A stretch of DNA of 64,000 bases. Origin: Candidatus Latescibacterota bacterium. GTDB lineage: Bacteria > Latescibacterota > UBA2968. Below are positions 8,828-18,756 of the stretch, piece after piece. Numbering within the stretch: the first letter of the stretch is position 1; each line of letters opens with the position of its first letter. Location of the stretch: assembly GCA_965205975.1 (NCBI GenBank), contig OZ242195.1, positions 2,432,001 through 2,496,000 on the forward strand, written 5' to 3'. Under the pieces are notes generated by a model. The model was not told the DNA's origin. It made no database searches and worked only from the letters and a program-made list of their open reading frames with translations. A program made the translations under genes and the position numbers.

Positions 8828-10564
8828 ATGGCATTGCAAACCGTGAAATTCACTGTGGCGGAACGAATGGCAGAACTGGAAGCAAAGGCGGAACGTTTTC
8901 GGACCTTAGTTAAGACAGCAGAAAGCATAGATGCGAAGACACTAATCAAGGCATTTGATGAGGAATGGAACCGAGAACGCAACTTATTGTCAGTTGGGTT
9001 TATTGGACCGTACAGTGCTGGTAAATCAACGACGATCGCGGCACTTACGGGACGGGACGACATCGCCATTGATGCCGACATTGCGACGAGCGAAACCACT
9101 GAATATGACTGGAACGGTATCAAGTTAATCGATACTCCCGGGTTGTGGACGGAGCGCAAAAAACACGATCAGATAACCTACGATGCTCTGCGCCAGGCTG
9201 ATTTATTGATATTTACCTTGACCTACATGCTGTTTGATAAGGCGACCGTCGATCACTTCAAGGAGTTGGCATTTGAGGAAGGGTATCAGAACAAAATTCT
9301 GCTGTTAATCAACAAGGTGAATGATGAGGCAGGAAACATAAATGAACGGATCGAAGCCTATCGCGACAGCATTGACATAGCACTTAAGCCACATGATGCA
9401 CAGACGTTCACGCAATGTTACATCGATGCTCGCGATTACTTAGACGGGATTGATGAAAGTGACCAAGAGTTGATTGATGAAAGCCGTTTTAATGCGTTCG
9501 TCAAAACCTTGAACCATTTTGTGGACCGACAAGGAAAGATGGGGCAATTGGAAACACCAGTGCAGATACTAAAGACCCATATTGACCTCGCGTTGCAGCG
9601 ACTGGAGCAAGCCAAAGGAGAGGTAGCCGTATATCCCGAGATCCTCAACCGAGTCACCCGCGAGGTCAGAAATGGTCGTCATCAGTTTCGAGCAAAGGTG
9701 CGCGTGATCATTGCCGATATGGTTGCATCTGTTGCGCGACAGGGAAGCCTGATGGCCTCTGGTGTCGGTACCGAGGATTCGAATGTTAGCGAAGCCGAGA
9801 GTAATAAGGCTATTGAGGAAGCCTGCGAGAAGGCACAGCAGGGGATATCTGAGGTCATTAAAGACATTATCTCTAACCTCCAAGAAGAAGTTAAGGAAAT
9901 TTGTACCAGCAATCTGGCGGATACTTATTTTTCGCCCGCGCTGACACACGACGCGGTATCCAGTCCAAACCTGACCGATACCGAAGGCATTGCGACGCGC
10001 CGCCGGCAATGGGAGAGTCTGTCGCAAATTGCAGAGGGGGTCGGTGTCGAATTAGCGAAATTGGCTCAAGGTGCTGGTGCTATGGGTAAAGGCGGTCTAT
10101 TAGCCGCTGGACAGGTAAGAGGGGCTCCCCTGCATAAAATTGTACTCCAGGGAGGTAAGGCTTTTGGCATGAAGTTTAAGCCGTGGCAGGCCGTCAACGT
10201 AGCAAAAAACATCGGCAATGCAGCAAAATTTCTCGGTCCGGTAGTGCAGGGGGTCGGGATAGGTTTGGACATATTGCAGATGCGCAAGGAAGATAAGCAG
10301 TCAAAGAGGATTTCGGAGGCGAAACTCAAAGTTATGGCTCAGTTCAACGAGATTGGACAGAAACTAAAAAGAGAGTTTGAAGATCAGTTGCGGGAAGTTG
10401 AAAAACAGACCTTTGACCTAATCGCTGATGAGGTAGAAAATGCACAAAATGCCTATCAAAAAGCTAACACGACAAATGATGAAACATCTAAGGCACTCTT
10501 AGAATTGCGCGATGAGTTGAGCGCACTCCTAAAGGCTGACCGCAAGGCTGTAATTTTGGCCTAA
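8828..10564 (+). CDS. Dynamin-like GTPase (LeoA-like)
   Basis: G1 GPYSAGKS, DADIAT, YDWNGIKLIDTPG, INKVN; Gly-rich segment and KFKPWQAVNVAK typical of the LeoA/HP0731-type family. Confidence 0.85.
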   Translation: MALQTVKFTVAERMAELEAKAERFRTLVKTAESIDAKTLIKAFDEEWNRERNLLSVGFIGPYSAGKSTTIAALTGRDDIAIDADIATSETTEYDWNGIKLIDTPGLWTERKKHDQITYDALRQADLLIFTLTYMLFDKATVDHFKELAFEEGYQNKILLLINKVNDEAGNINERIEAYRDSIDIALKPHDAQTFTQCYIDARDYLDGIDESDQELIDESRFNAFVKTLNHFVDRQGKMGQLETPVQILKTHIDLALQRLEQAKGEVAVYPEILNRVTREVRNGRHQFRAKVRVIIADMVASVARQGSLMASGVGTEDSNVSEAESNKAIEEACEKAQQGISEVIKDIISNLQEEVKEICTSNLADTYFSPALTHDAVSSPNLTDTEGIATRRRQWESLSQIAEGVGVELAKLAQGAGAMGKGGLLAAGQVRGAPLHKIVLQGGKAFGMKFKPWQAVNVAKNIGNAAKFLGPVVQGVGIGLDILQMRKEDKQSKRISEAKLKVMAQFNEIGQKLKREFEDQLREVEKQTFDLIADEVENAQNAYQKANTTNDETSKALLELRDELSALLKADRKAVILA

Positions 10565-10645
10565 ATGACTCTGGTTTGAATGCAAATATTACAAATTTTG
10601 TTTCACCAAAGTAGCTGTAAACCGCTTGGAGCAAGGACAAACAAT

Positions 10646-11986
10646 ATGCCATATTTGATGCAAACAAATAAAGGCGAGGAACTCAACAGACTTTATCCAG
10701 AAGATCGCCCTGTAAACGACTGGTATCGTTTTGTTTTGTCATACCCACCACATCTTGTCAGGCATTATATTTCGCGTTTTGAACTCGATGAAAAAAGTTC
10801 TGTTTTAGACCCCTTTTGTGGCACGGGTACAACTTTAGTAGCCTGTAAAAAACGGGGGATAAAGAGTGTTGGTATCGAGGCTAATCCCGTTGTCAAATTC
10901 GCCGCAAGTGTTAAAACTGATTGGAATATAGACCCAGACGTTCTTATTGATCATGCAGAAATGGTTGCGTCAGAAACAATAGAGCTACTTTTGTCGGAGG
11001 GTGTTGAGGACGACCCTCTCTTTCAATCTCTGGATAAAGATGAAACCACAGAGCTTCGGACACTTACCCCAGACCAGGAAAAGTTAATTATTACAAACTC
11101 AATCAGCCCCAAACCTTTACATAAGGCTTTGGCTCTTATAGAAAAAATCCACGAATTAAAGCACAACAGATGTTATGATTATGAACGTTTAGCACTCGCA
11201 AAACAGTTGGTTTATACAGCGAGCAATTTGCGTTTTGGACCAGAAGTTGGCGTAGGCAAAGCAAAACCCGACTCGCCTGTGGTTGGCCCCTGGTTAGCTG
11301 GTATTAGAAGTATGTGTGAGGATTTAATCCAGGTCAGACCCAATGCCCATATTCCCTCAGTCGTTCATTTTGGCGATGCACGCAATATGAGACAGTTTTT
11401 AGAACCTCAATCTATCGATGCTGTGATCACATCGCCGCCGTATCCGAATGAAAAGGATTATACCCGAACAACGCGCCTGGAGTCTGTATTATTGGGATTT
11501 ATGACTGATAGACACGACCTGAGAACTCATAAAAATAACTTAATAAGATCCAATACTCGAGGTGTTTACAAAATAGATAATGACAAAGACTGGGTAGCAA
11601 AATTCGATAGCATACAAAAATTGGCAAAAAAAATAGAAAGGCGTCGGATCGAATTAAACAAAACATCGGGATTCGAAAAATTATACGCTCATGTTGTTCG
11701 ACATTATTTTGGAGGCATGACTCGGCATTTAGAAACCCTGAAACCAATTTTGAAACCAGGTGCTTGTCTTGCCTATGTCGTTGGCGATCAGGCTTCTTAT
11801 TTTCGCATTCTAATCAAAACGGGAAACTTATTGGCAGAGATTGCGGAGCGATTAGGTTATAAAGTCATAGATATCGATTTATTTCGAAAAAGATTCTCGA
11901 CTGCAACTCAGCAATATATCAGGGAAGAGGTTGTTCTACTCCGCTGGGAAGGTCAATCTAAGGGTCAAAAATATGCCACCAAATAA
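10646..11986 (+). CDS. Site-specific DNA methyltransferase (alpha-class amino-MTase, probably m4C)
   Basis: Motif I LDPFCGTGTT precedes motif IV TSPPY. Start uncertain (10580/10646/10658). Confidence 0.88.
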   Translation: MPYLMQTNKGEELNRLYPEDRPVNDWYRFVLSYPPHLVRHYISRFELDEKSSVLDPFCGTGTTLVACKKRGIKSVGIEANPVVKFAASVKTDWNIDPDVLIDHAEMVASETIELLLSEGVEDDPLFQSLDKDETTELRTLTPDQEKLIITNSISPKPLHKALALIEKIHELKHNRCYDYERLALAKQLVYTASNLRFGPEVGVGKAKPDSPVVGPWLAGIRSMCEDLIQVRPNAHIPSVVHFGDARNMRQFLEPQSIDAVITSPPYPNEKDYTRTTRLESVLLGFMTDRHDLRTHKNNLIRSNTRGVYKIDNDKDWVAKFDSIQKLAKKIERRRIELNKTSGFEKLYAHVVRHYFGGMTRHLETLKPILKPGACLAYVVGDQASYFRILIKTGNLLAEIAERLGYKVIDIDLFRKRFSTATQQYIREEVVLLRWEGQSKGQKYATK

Positions 11987-12779
11987 CGATCCACGCTATT
12001 CACAGATTATTGCGAAAATCTTCGAAGCAAAATTTCGAGAAGGTAGAAGAGCAATTCGTTTTGAAAGAACCGAGATTGTCAATGCAGCGAGAGATTTGGG
12101 AATTGAATTACCAAAAAATCTGGGAGATATCATTTATTCATTCAAATTTCGCAACCAACTTCCCGATTCTATAAAAGAAACAGCACCGGACGATAAAGAA
12201 TGGGTGATAGTAAATCGGGGAAGGTCTCAATACGCATTTGAATTGAAAGGAACATCGAGGATTTTGCCAGATCCAATGCTGACAATCACCAAAATACCAG
12301 ACGCAACCCCTGGTATTGTTGCTAAATATTCTTTCGATGATGAACAAGCTCTATTAACCAAACTCCGCTACAATCGAATGCTCGACATTTTTACTGGCAT
12401 CGCCTGCTATTCTTTACAGAATCATTTACGCACAACTGTCCCCGGAGTTGGGCAAATTGAAACGGATGAAATCTACGTTGGAATAGACAAAAAAGGGGTT
12501 CACTATGTCTTTCCCGTTCAGGCAAAAAGTGGTAAAGACACGCTTGGTGTTGTCCAGATTGAACAAGATATAGCATTATGTAATCACCGATTTCCCACTT
12601 TGATTTGCAGAGCAATTGCTGCTCAGTTTTTACAAGAAAATGTGATTGCGCTATTTGAATTAGAGTTAATAGATGGCGAAGTGAAAAAAGCCTCAGAAAG
12701 GCACTATCAGTTGGTCCCTCAAGAATATCTTACGGATGAAGAATTGATGAACTATCGTCTGAGATTTGATGACCCATAG
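11973..12779 (+). CDS. Probable type II restriction endonuclease
   Basis: Overlaps the MTase stop by 14 nt; PD-(D/E)xK-like core ETDEIYVG...PVQAK. Confidence 0.7.
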   Translation: MPPNNDPRYSQIIAKIFEAKFREGRRAIRFERTEIVNAARDLGIELPKNLGDIIYSFKFRNQLPDSIKETAPDDKEWVIVNRGRSQYAFELKGTSRILPDPMLTITKIPDATPGIVAKYSFDDEQALLTKLRYNRMLDIFTGIACYSLQNHLRTTVPGVGQIETDEIYVGIDKKGVHYVFPVQAKSGKDTLGVVQIEQDIALCNHRFPTLICRAIAAQFLQENVIALFELELIDGEVKKASERHYQLVPQEYLTDEELMNYRLRFDDP

Positions 12780-12902
12780 TGCGTCGCGACGTAAGCCATA
12801 CCCCATATGGATTGCGGCTCAAAACCATGCCGCAATGACAATCGCAAAATCGCCTTTTTCAAGATGCATAGTTATTAAGGCCCTGAACAACAGGAGACGA
12901 AA

Positions 12903-13643
12903 ATGGACGCGGGAGACAGAGCGGCTGTTGAAGCCGCATGGAAGAACGGCGTAGGCGTCTTGCACAACTTGCTCTCGCAAGATGAACTGGATACAATCCG
13001 CCGGGAGTTAGAACAGGCGTATCTGGATTTGGATATGGGACCGGGTGAACCCGGCAGCCGGGACAGTCTGCGAGATGAACCACTGTTAAATTATTCGGCT
13101 CTGGGCAGCTTATTTTCCCATCCTCGCATTTTGGGGATCGTATCGGCGATCCTGGATGAGCCGCGGCCTTTTCTCTTGCAAATGAAAACCAACCGGTACA
13201 CGCCAAAACACAAAGGCGTGGGACGGCACTCAGACGGCAGCCCGACGGAACTCGCCGCGCCCTTTCAGTGGCTGGCAACAATGATTTATCTGGACGATAT
13301 CGACGTCAATTCCGGAGCGTTGACCTATGTGCCGGGCACGCATCTGTATCATTTTGCATCTGCGTGCGATCCGGGCCGCGTACTACCCACAAAAGAAGAT
13401 ATTCAGGCGGGTCATTACATCCCAATCGACTTGAAAGCGGGCAGCGTCGTCTTTCGCGTACCAGAGGTCTGGCACGGCGTAGTGCCCATCCATCGGTTGC
13501 GGCGATATATCACGGGATTGTACACATCTCGCAAAAAGGGAAATACGCCGATCAAAGAGCGGATACAGGGGGTTCGGCAAAGCCGAAAGCAAATCCCGGA
13601 GACATCCATACCCGAGCACGTCAGGGAATACTGGCAGTATTAA
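12903..13643 (+). CDS. Phytanoyl-CoA dioxygenase (PhyH)-family 2OG-Fe(II) oxygenase
   Basis: HxD (HSD), MIYLDD...GALTYVPGTH, distal WHG; SD AGGAG. Confidence 0.85.
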   Translation: MDAGDRAAVEAAWKNGVGVLHNLLSQDELDTIRRELEQAYLDLDMGPGEPGSRDSLRDEPLLNYSALGSLFSHPRILGIVSAILDEPRPFLLQMKTNRYTPKHKGVGRHSDGSPTELAAPFQWLATMIYLDDIDVNSGALTYVPGTHLYHFASACDPGRVLPTKEDIQAGHYIPIDLKAGSVVFRVPEVWHGVVPIHRLRRYITGLYTSRKKGNTPIKERIQGVRQSRKQIPETSIPEHVREYWQY

Positions 13644-14091
13644 TCAATCGAATGCCGGTCTGCGTATAATCCCCATCCGGCGTAATTTGCATCGTCGCCC
13701 GGGGACCGTGTTCATCGTACCATCCAATTGGACGCACCAACTCTTTCTGCCACCCATACCGCCACAGCGACAGCTTGTACGCCTCCACCGCGTGTACCCT
13801 GAACTCTGACGGCTGTCCAGACTGTACCCACTTTGGCCACATATATCCCAGCAGTCCATCGGTCAACAGCCGGAACTGATAGGGTTCCCTGGTCGGTATC
13901 TTAAGCGGTACTGTTTTGAATCCATAACCCGACTTGTAAAGTGTCACGCTATACTTGCCGGAAGGCAAATCCGCATAAACCGCGCCGGTCGCCCGTGAAC
14001 GCGCCTCAAATGACCCCGCTTCGCCTTCAAACTCCAGCAGCACCTCCGGCACTGCTACATATCGTTCATCGCTCACATATCCAATCAGCAT
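13621..14091 (-). pseudogene. Truncated N-terminal fragment of an N,N-dimethylformamidase beta-subunit-family protein
   Basis: MLIGYVSDERYVA...LLGYMWPKWV...SLWRYGW...DEHGPRATMQITPDGDYTQTG resembles the N-terminus of this family, then ends at 156 aa inside the convergent PhyH gene. Confidence 0.6.
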
Positions 14092-14155
14092 ATTGTTCCC
14101 TTCTGTTCAGCGATCTATCCGGCGTGTGACCCGATGAACAAAGTGTATTTTCCCA

Positions 14156-16234
14156 TCAGGTCAGGTCCTTCAACCTTTCAAAATAGAAAATCCGCCCATC
14201 GTACGTCCCTACAAACAAGCCTTCTTCCACCACACAAGGAGGTGCTGTAATTGGAGACCCAAACGCCGCACGTCCCCGGCATTCGCCGGAAGCGGCATCT
14301 AAAGCGTACAAACACCCATCACATCCACAAATTAGAAGACAGTCCTCAAAAATGATCGGCGCAGCTAAAATACTCCGCACGCCTCTGCGATAGGGCACCA
14401 TATCCAGCAGATCACCCCCCGTCTGGAACCGCCACAGTAGCGCCCCGGAATTGAAATCAAAACAGAGGGCCTCTCCCTCCGGTGTAGTGGCGTAGATCAA
14501 GCCATCCCGCACGAGCAGTCCAGTCGGGTAACTGGACGGGAGAATCGGCTTGTCCCACACCACCTCCCCCGAAATCGCCCGTAACGCGGTTAAATGCGAC
14601 GAGTCTCCCCCACTTACCAGCAGGTCTCCGGACACAATCGGCATTGGATATGGATACTCAACCCCCATCTGCTGTTCCCACACCACATCCCCGCTTTGCC
14701 GGTCCAGGGCCATCAGCCCCCGCCGCTGCACGAACAGGAGAAGCAGATCCCCATAAACCTGAGGACTTGCGTAGCACGCCCAGTTATCGCTGTCTTCAAC
14801 AGGCACATACCACTGTTGCTCTCCCGTTTTGAGATCAAAAGCCGCATAACCGGCCTTCGCCCCTGCGTACAACGCCCCATCTGCAATAACCGGAGACATG
14901 TAAATCCAGCGGTCCGGATACCCGGGCAGATTCGCATGCCACAGCAGGTGGCCCAACGCCTCCTCCAGCGCATGCACCCGCCCGGTAACTGACACAGCCG
15001 CACAGATGCCATCATCTACAGCCACACTGTTCTTCACAGTCGCATCCGTGCGTGCATGCCACACCAGATCTCCACTGCCCACCTCAATACAACAGATCCC
15101 GTCGTGTCCGGGATAACCCTCGTCCCGCAGGCTCAACAGCAGCCGATCTCCCGCCTGCACGGGTGCTGCCCGGTGCAATCCCCCCGGAAGTTGCTGCTCC
15201 CATCGAAGGCGCAACTCCATTCCGTCAAAAGAAATCTCTATCGGCGTATCCTCGGAAGGCAACGAGACGCCAGTGGATTTGTGCGCGCAGAGTTCCAATT
15301 CCGCCCCTTCTTCTCCGAACCGCGCGACGCGGTAGCCCCTCGGCGACGTATCAATCCCACCAAAACAGAACGACGGAGTTGCGGCCACAACCATCTCACC
15401 GTAAGAGAACACCTTGCTGGAATGCCAGTGCCCGTGCAACACCAGGCGGACATTATACCGACTCAACGCCTCCAGAAATGAAATCGGCGGAGGCGTATGA
15501 ACCACCACCACGATCTCTCGATCCGCAGGCTGTAGTGCCAAATCCGCCCAGAACCACACCTCCTTTCGCTCCTGGTCTTCAGGTGAAAAAAACGACTGTT
15601 CATTGGGATAAAACGCAAAATGGCGCCCCCCCCAATCAAAGCTATAATACGAGGGACCGAGCACCGCTTCGAAATTCCGGGTAAACGTATTGTCCGCTAA
15701 GCCCCCCTCGTGGCGCTCCTCGTTCCCATCGTGCCCGCCGAACAGTGGGAACACCGGCGTTGGAACCGTCTCCTGTGCCTCTCGAAAACGGTACAACTCG
15801 GCAAGCTCCCCCCTGTTCGTGAGATCTCCGCTCACCACAATCACATCCGGATCGGCTTCCCGGACAAGTTGCTGTAGTGATTCGGCGAGAACCTCTCCAG
15901 AAGTCAGCACCACTCCTTCTGTCACAACGTGTGTATCGGTAATCTGCACAAGCTTAAACTGCCGTGCAGCCCGCTCAGGCGCAGACGCAAGCCCAAAATC
16001 CACCCCATCTTGCGCGCTCATCCAGTTCCGCGTAGATGAGTAAAACTCCGATGTCGCCCGAAAACCATCTGGAACGGTCACAAATACGAACCGATGCGCC
16101 TCCGGTTCCACCGCAAGCGCGTACCGGCCCTCCTCGTCCGTCTGTACGATCTGCTCCCCATTGGAGACCAAAACACCGCCCAGACCGCGTCCAGACAGAT
16201 CTTCCATCACCCTGCCTCGAACTTCAATCACCAT
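14156..16234 (-). CDS. Calcineurin-like metallophosphoesterase fused to PQQ-like beta-propeller
   Basis: DTH, GDL, GGHD and GHWH motifs; C-terminal repeats of the A(L/F)D..(S/T)GE..W type. Confidence 0.88.
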   Translation of the reverse strand: MVIEVRGRVMEDLSGRGLGGVLVSNGEQIVQTDEEGRYALAVEPEAHRFVFVTVPDGFRATSEFYSSTRNWMSAQDGVDFGLASAPERAARQFKLVQITDTHVVTEGVVLTSGEVLAESLQQLVREADPDVIVVSGDLTNRGELAELYRFREAQETVPTPVFPLFGGHDGNEERHEGGLADNTFTRNFEAVLGPSYYSFDWGGRHFAFYPNEQSFFSPEDQERKEVWFWADLALQPADREIVVVVHTPPPISFLEALSRYNVRLVLHGHWHSSKVFSYGEMVVAATPSFCFGGIDTSPRGYRVARFGEEGAELELCAHKSTGVSLPSEDTPIEISFDGMELRLRWEQQLPGGLHRAAPVQAGDRLLLSLRDEGYPGHDGICCIEVGSGDLVWHARTDATVKNSVAVDDGICAAVSVTGRVHALEEALGHLLWHANLPGYPDRWIYMSPVIADGALYAGAKAGYAAFDLKTGEQQWYVPVEDSDNWACYASPQVYGDLLLLFVQRRGLMALDRQSGDVVWEQQMGVEYPYPMPIVSGDLLVSGGDSSHLTALRAISGEVVWDKPILPSSYPTGLLVRDGLIYATTPEGEALCFDFNSGALLWRFQTGGDLLDMVPYRRGVRSILAAPIIFEDCLLICGCDGCLYALDAASGECRGRAAFGSPITAPPCVVEEGLFVGTYDGRIFYFERLKDLT

Positions 16235-16303
16235 AGCGTACCTCTTTGTTGTCAGTTATAGGCAAAATACAATATTCACACCATCAGGCAAAACAAACAA
16301 TGA

Positions 16304-16332
16304 TTGCCTGCCACATAAAGATTATGCATAAT
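16304..16332 (+). promoter_or_regulatory. Putative sigma70 promoter of sulfatase
   Basis: TTGCCT-17 nt-CATAAT upstream of ATG 16374. Confidence 0.4.
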
Positions 16333-16373
16333 AGAATCAGAATCCAATATGTAACCTTAACAAAGGATGGAAG

Positions 16374-17963
16374 ATGAGTGATAGACCGAATATTCTGTGG
16401 TTATCCTTAGAAGACACAAGCCCGCGATTTGGGTGTTATGGCGATAAAGTAGCGCGTACGCCAAATCTCGACAAACTGGCGTCCGAGGGATGCCGGTATC
16501 CCAATGCATTTTCAACGGCAGGCGTATGCGCGCCGAGTCGCTCAGCAATTATCACGGGCATGTATCAAACGGCCATTGGCTCGCAGCACATGCGCACGCG
16601 CCACACCAATGCACACGCGCCGCAAATGCCCACGCCCTACGACGCAGTACCGCCGCATTATGTCAAATGTTTTCCAGAATATTTGCGGATGGCCGGGTAT
16701 TACTGTACAAACAACACAAAAACCGATTATCAGTTTGCCCCGCCAATTACTGCATGGGATGAATTGAGCGCAGACGCGCACTGGCGCAATCGCCCAGATG
16801 GCGCGCCCTTTTTTGCGGTATTTAATCGCACCGTAACGCACGAAAGCGGCATGTGGCCAGAGAAACGCCCAGAAGTAGAAACCGATCTAGACTCTGTCAC
16901 ACTACCGCCTTATATCCCCAACACACCCAAAGCGCGGCTGGCATTGGCGCGGCATTACGACAACATCGCCGACAACGATGCGTGGGTTGGTGAGATGTTG
17001 CAACAATTGGAAGACGATGGATTGGCAGACAACACCATTGTATTTATCTGGAGCGACCACGGCGAAGGACTGCCTCGAGCCAAACGCTGGCCCTATGATG
17101 CGGGCATTCGCATACCGTGCATCGTGCGCTGGCCGGGTGAATTGGAACCCGGCAGCGTCAATGAGCGATTGGTCAGCATGATCGATCTGGGTCCGACCGT
17201 ACTATCACTCGCCAGCGTACAAATCCCAGCCCATCTCCAGGGCCAACCCTTTGTGGGACCACAGGAAAAAGACCGGGATTATATATTTGCAACGCGGGAT
17301 CGTTACGACGAATCTTATGACATGATGCGCGCCGTGAGGGATACGCGATTCAAATACATACGAAACTACATGACGGAAAACCCGTATTTATTGTGGATCC
17401 CCTATCGCAATCGGCATCCCGCATTGCAGGAAATGTGGAGACTTCACCTCGCGGGCGAATTGGAAGGTGTACAAAATATAATGTTTCAAAAACGCCCCGT
17501 AGAAGAACTATACGACACGGAGAACGATCCATTTGAAACAAACAATCTCGCGGACGATCCCGCACACGCCGAAACATTGAATCGCTTGCGCGAGGCACTG
17601 GACGACTGGCGCGAAAAATACGACGTATGGGGCGATGTGCCCGAAGATCAGATGGTATTTCGCATGTGGCAGGGCACAGAGCAGCCACAGACCGAATTGC
17701 CGGTTTTTGTGCCAATATGTGAAGAAAGCCCCGGCCGAGAAGCTGCGCCCGAAGGCGGAACCTTCAAGGGACCGATAATCGTACAATTTTACTGTGGCAC
17801 CCAGGGCGCGTCAATGGCGTATCAACTCGCAGGCGATGAACACTGGCGATTGTACACCGGTCCCATTCCTCTGCCAAAAGGCGAGACCACCATTCGCGCC
17901 AAAGCTATTCGAATAGGATACAAAGAGAGTGAAGAAGTTGAAGCGACATTTATCGTAACCTGA
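16374..17963 (+). CDS. Sulfatase with C-terminal Fn3-associated/chitobiase-like domain
   Basis: RPNILW, CAPSR, SDHG, EELYD...DPFE; tail TQGASMAY...YTGPI...AKAIRIGYKES. Confidence 0.93.
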   Translation: MSDRPNILWLSLEDTSPRFGCYGDKVARTPNLDKLASEGCRYPNAFSTAGVCAPSRSAIITGMYQTAIGSQHMRTRHTNAHAPQMPTPYDAVPPHYVKCFPEYLRMAGYYCTNNTKTDYQFAPPITAWDELSADAHWRNRPDGAPFFAVFNRTVTHESGMWPEKRPEVETDLDSVTLPPYIPNTPKARLALARHYDNIADNDAWVGEMLQQLEDDGLADNTIVFIWSDHGEGLPRAKRWPYDAGIRIPCIVRWPGELEPGSVNERLVSMIDLGPTVLSLASVQIPAHLQGQPFVGPQEKDRDYIFATRDRYDESYDMMRAVRDTRFKYIRNYMTENPYLLWIPYRNRHPALQEMWRLHLAGELEGVQNIMFQKRPVEELYDTENDPFETNNLADDPAHAETLNRLREALDDWREKYDVWGDVPEDQMVFRMWQGTEQPQTELPVFVPICEESPGREAAPEGGTFKGPIIVQFYCGTQGASMAYQLAGDEHWRLYTGPIPLPKGETTIRAKAIRIGYKESEEVEATFIVT

Positions 17964-18016
17964 CCGTGAAGGGAGGGCTTGATGGCAGACGAAAAACATG
18001 AAACAGGAGGTACATA

Positions 18017-18754
18017 GTGCGCAGGATGCAAATACTGAATAACAGCATTTCAGCACATGCTTTACTGCTCTTATTGGTGGGAGTGGCGGTGATCTCTACA
18101 TCGCATGCACAAGACCTCATGGAGCGATTGCGAGAACGTATGGTAAGGACACAGATTGAAAATCGAGGAATTAAAGCCCCCGCTGTCCTGGAAGCAATGC
18201 GGAAAGTGGAACGCCACCAGTTTGTGCCCGAGTCTTATGCTTCACGGGCATACGGCGATCATCCATTACCCATCGGCGAGGGACAGACCATTTCTCAACC
18301 GTATATTGTCGCACTAATGACCGAAGTGTTGAACTTGAAGGAATCGGATAAAGTGCTGGAAATCGGAACGGGTTCGGGGTATCAGGCGGCGATTCTGGGC
18401 GAGTTGTGCGACAGCATCTACACCATAGAAATTGTAGAAGTGCTGGGCAAACGCGCCGCAAACTTGCTCAACACATTGGGGTATGAGAACATCAAAGTGA
18501 AAGTTGGCGATGGGTACAAAGGATGGCCAGAACACGCGCCTTTTGATGCGATTATCGTGACGTGTTCACCAACGCAAGTTCCCCAACCCCTTCAAGATCA
18601 ACTCGCCGAAGGTGGACGCATGGTAATCCCGGTCGGAAGACGCGACGCACAAGAACTCGTACTATTGACCAAGCAGGAAGGCAAATTGCAACAAAATCAC
18701 ATTATACCTGTCAGATTCGTGCCAATGGTGGATTCCACCGGCGCGACGTATTAG
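18017..18754 (+). CDS. pcm: Protein-L-isoaspartate O-methyltransferase
   Basis: PIGEGQTISQPYIVA, VLEIGTGSGYQAA, GDGYKGWPEHAPFD, VRFVPM; SD AGGAGG before GTG. Confidence 0.95.
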   Translation: MRRMQILNNSISAHALLLLLVGVAVISTSHAQDLMERLRERMVRTQIENRGIKAPAVLEAMRKVERHQFVPESYASRAYGDHPLPIGEGQTISQPYIVALMTEVLNLKESDKVLEIGTGSGYQAAILGELCDSIYTIEIVEVLGKRAANLLNTLGYENIKVKVGDGYKGWPEHAPFDAIIVTCSPTQVPQPLQDQLAEGGRMVIPVGRRDAQELVLLTKQEGKLQQNHIIPVRFVPMVDSTGATY

Positions 18755-18756
18755 CC

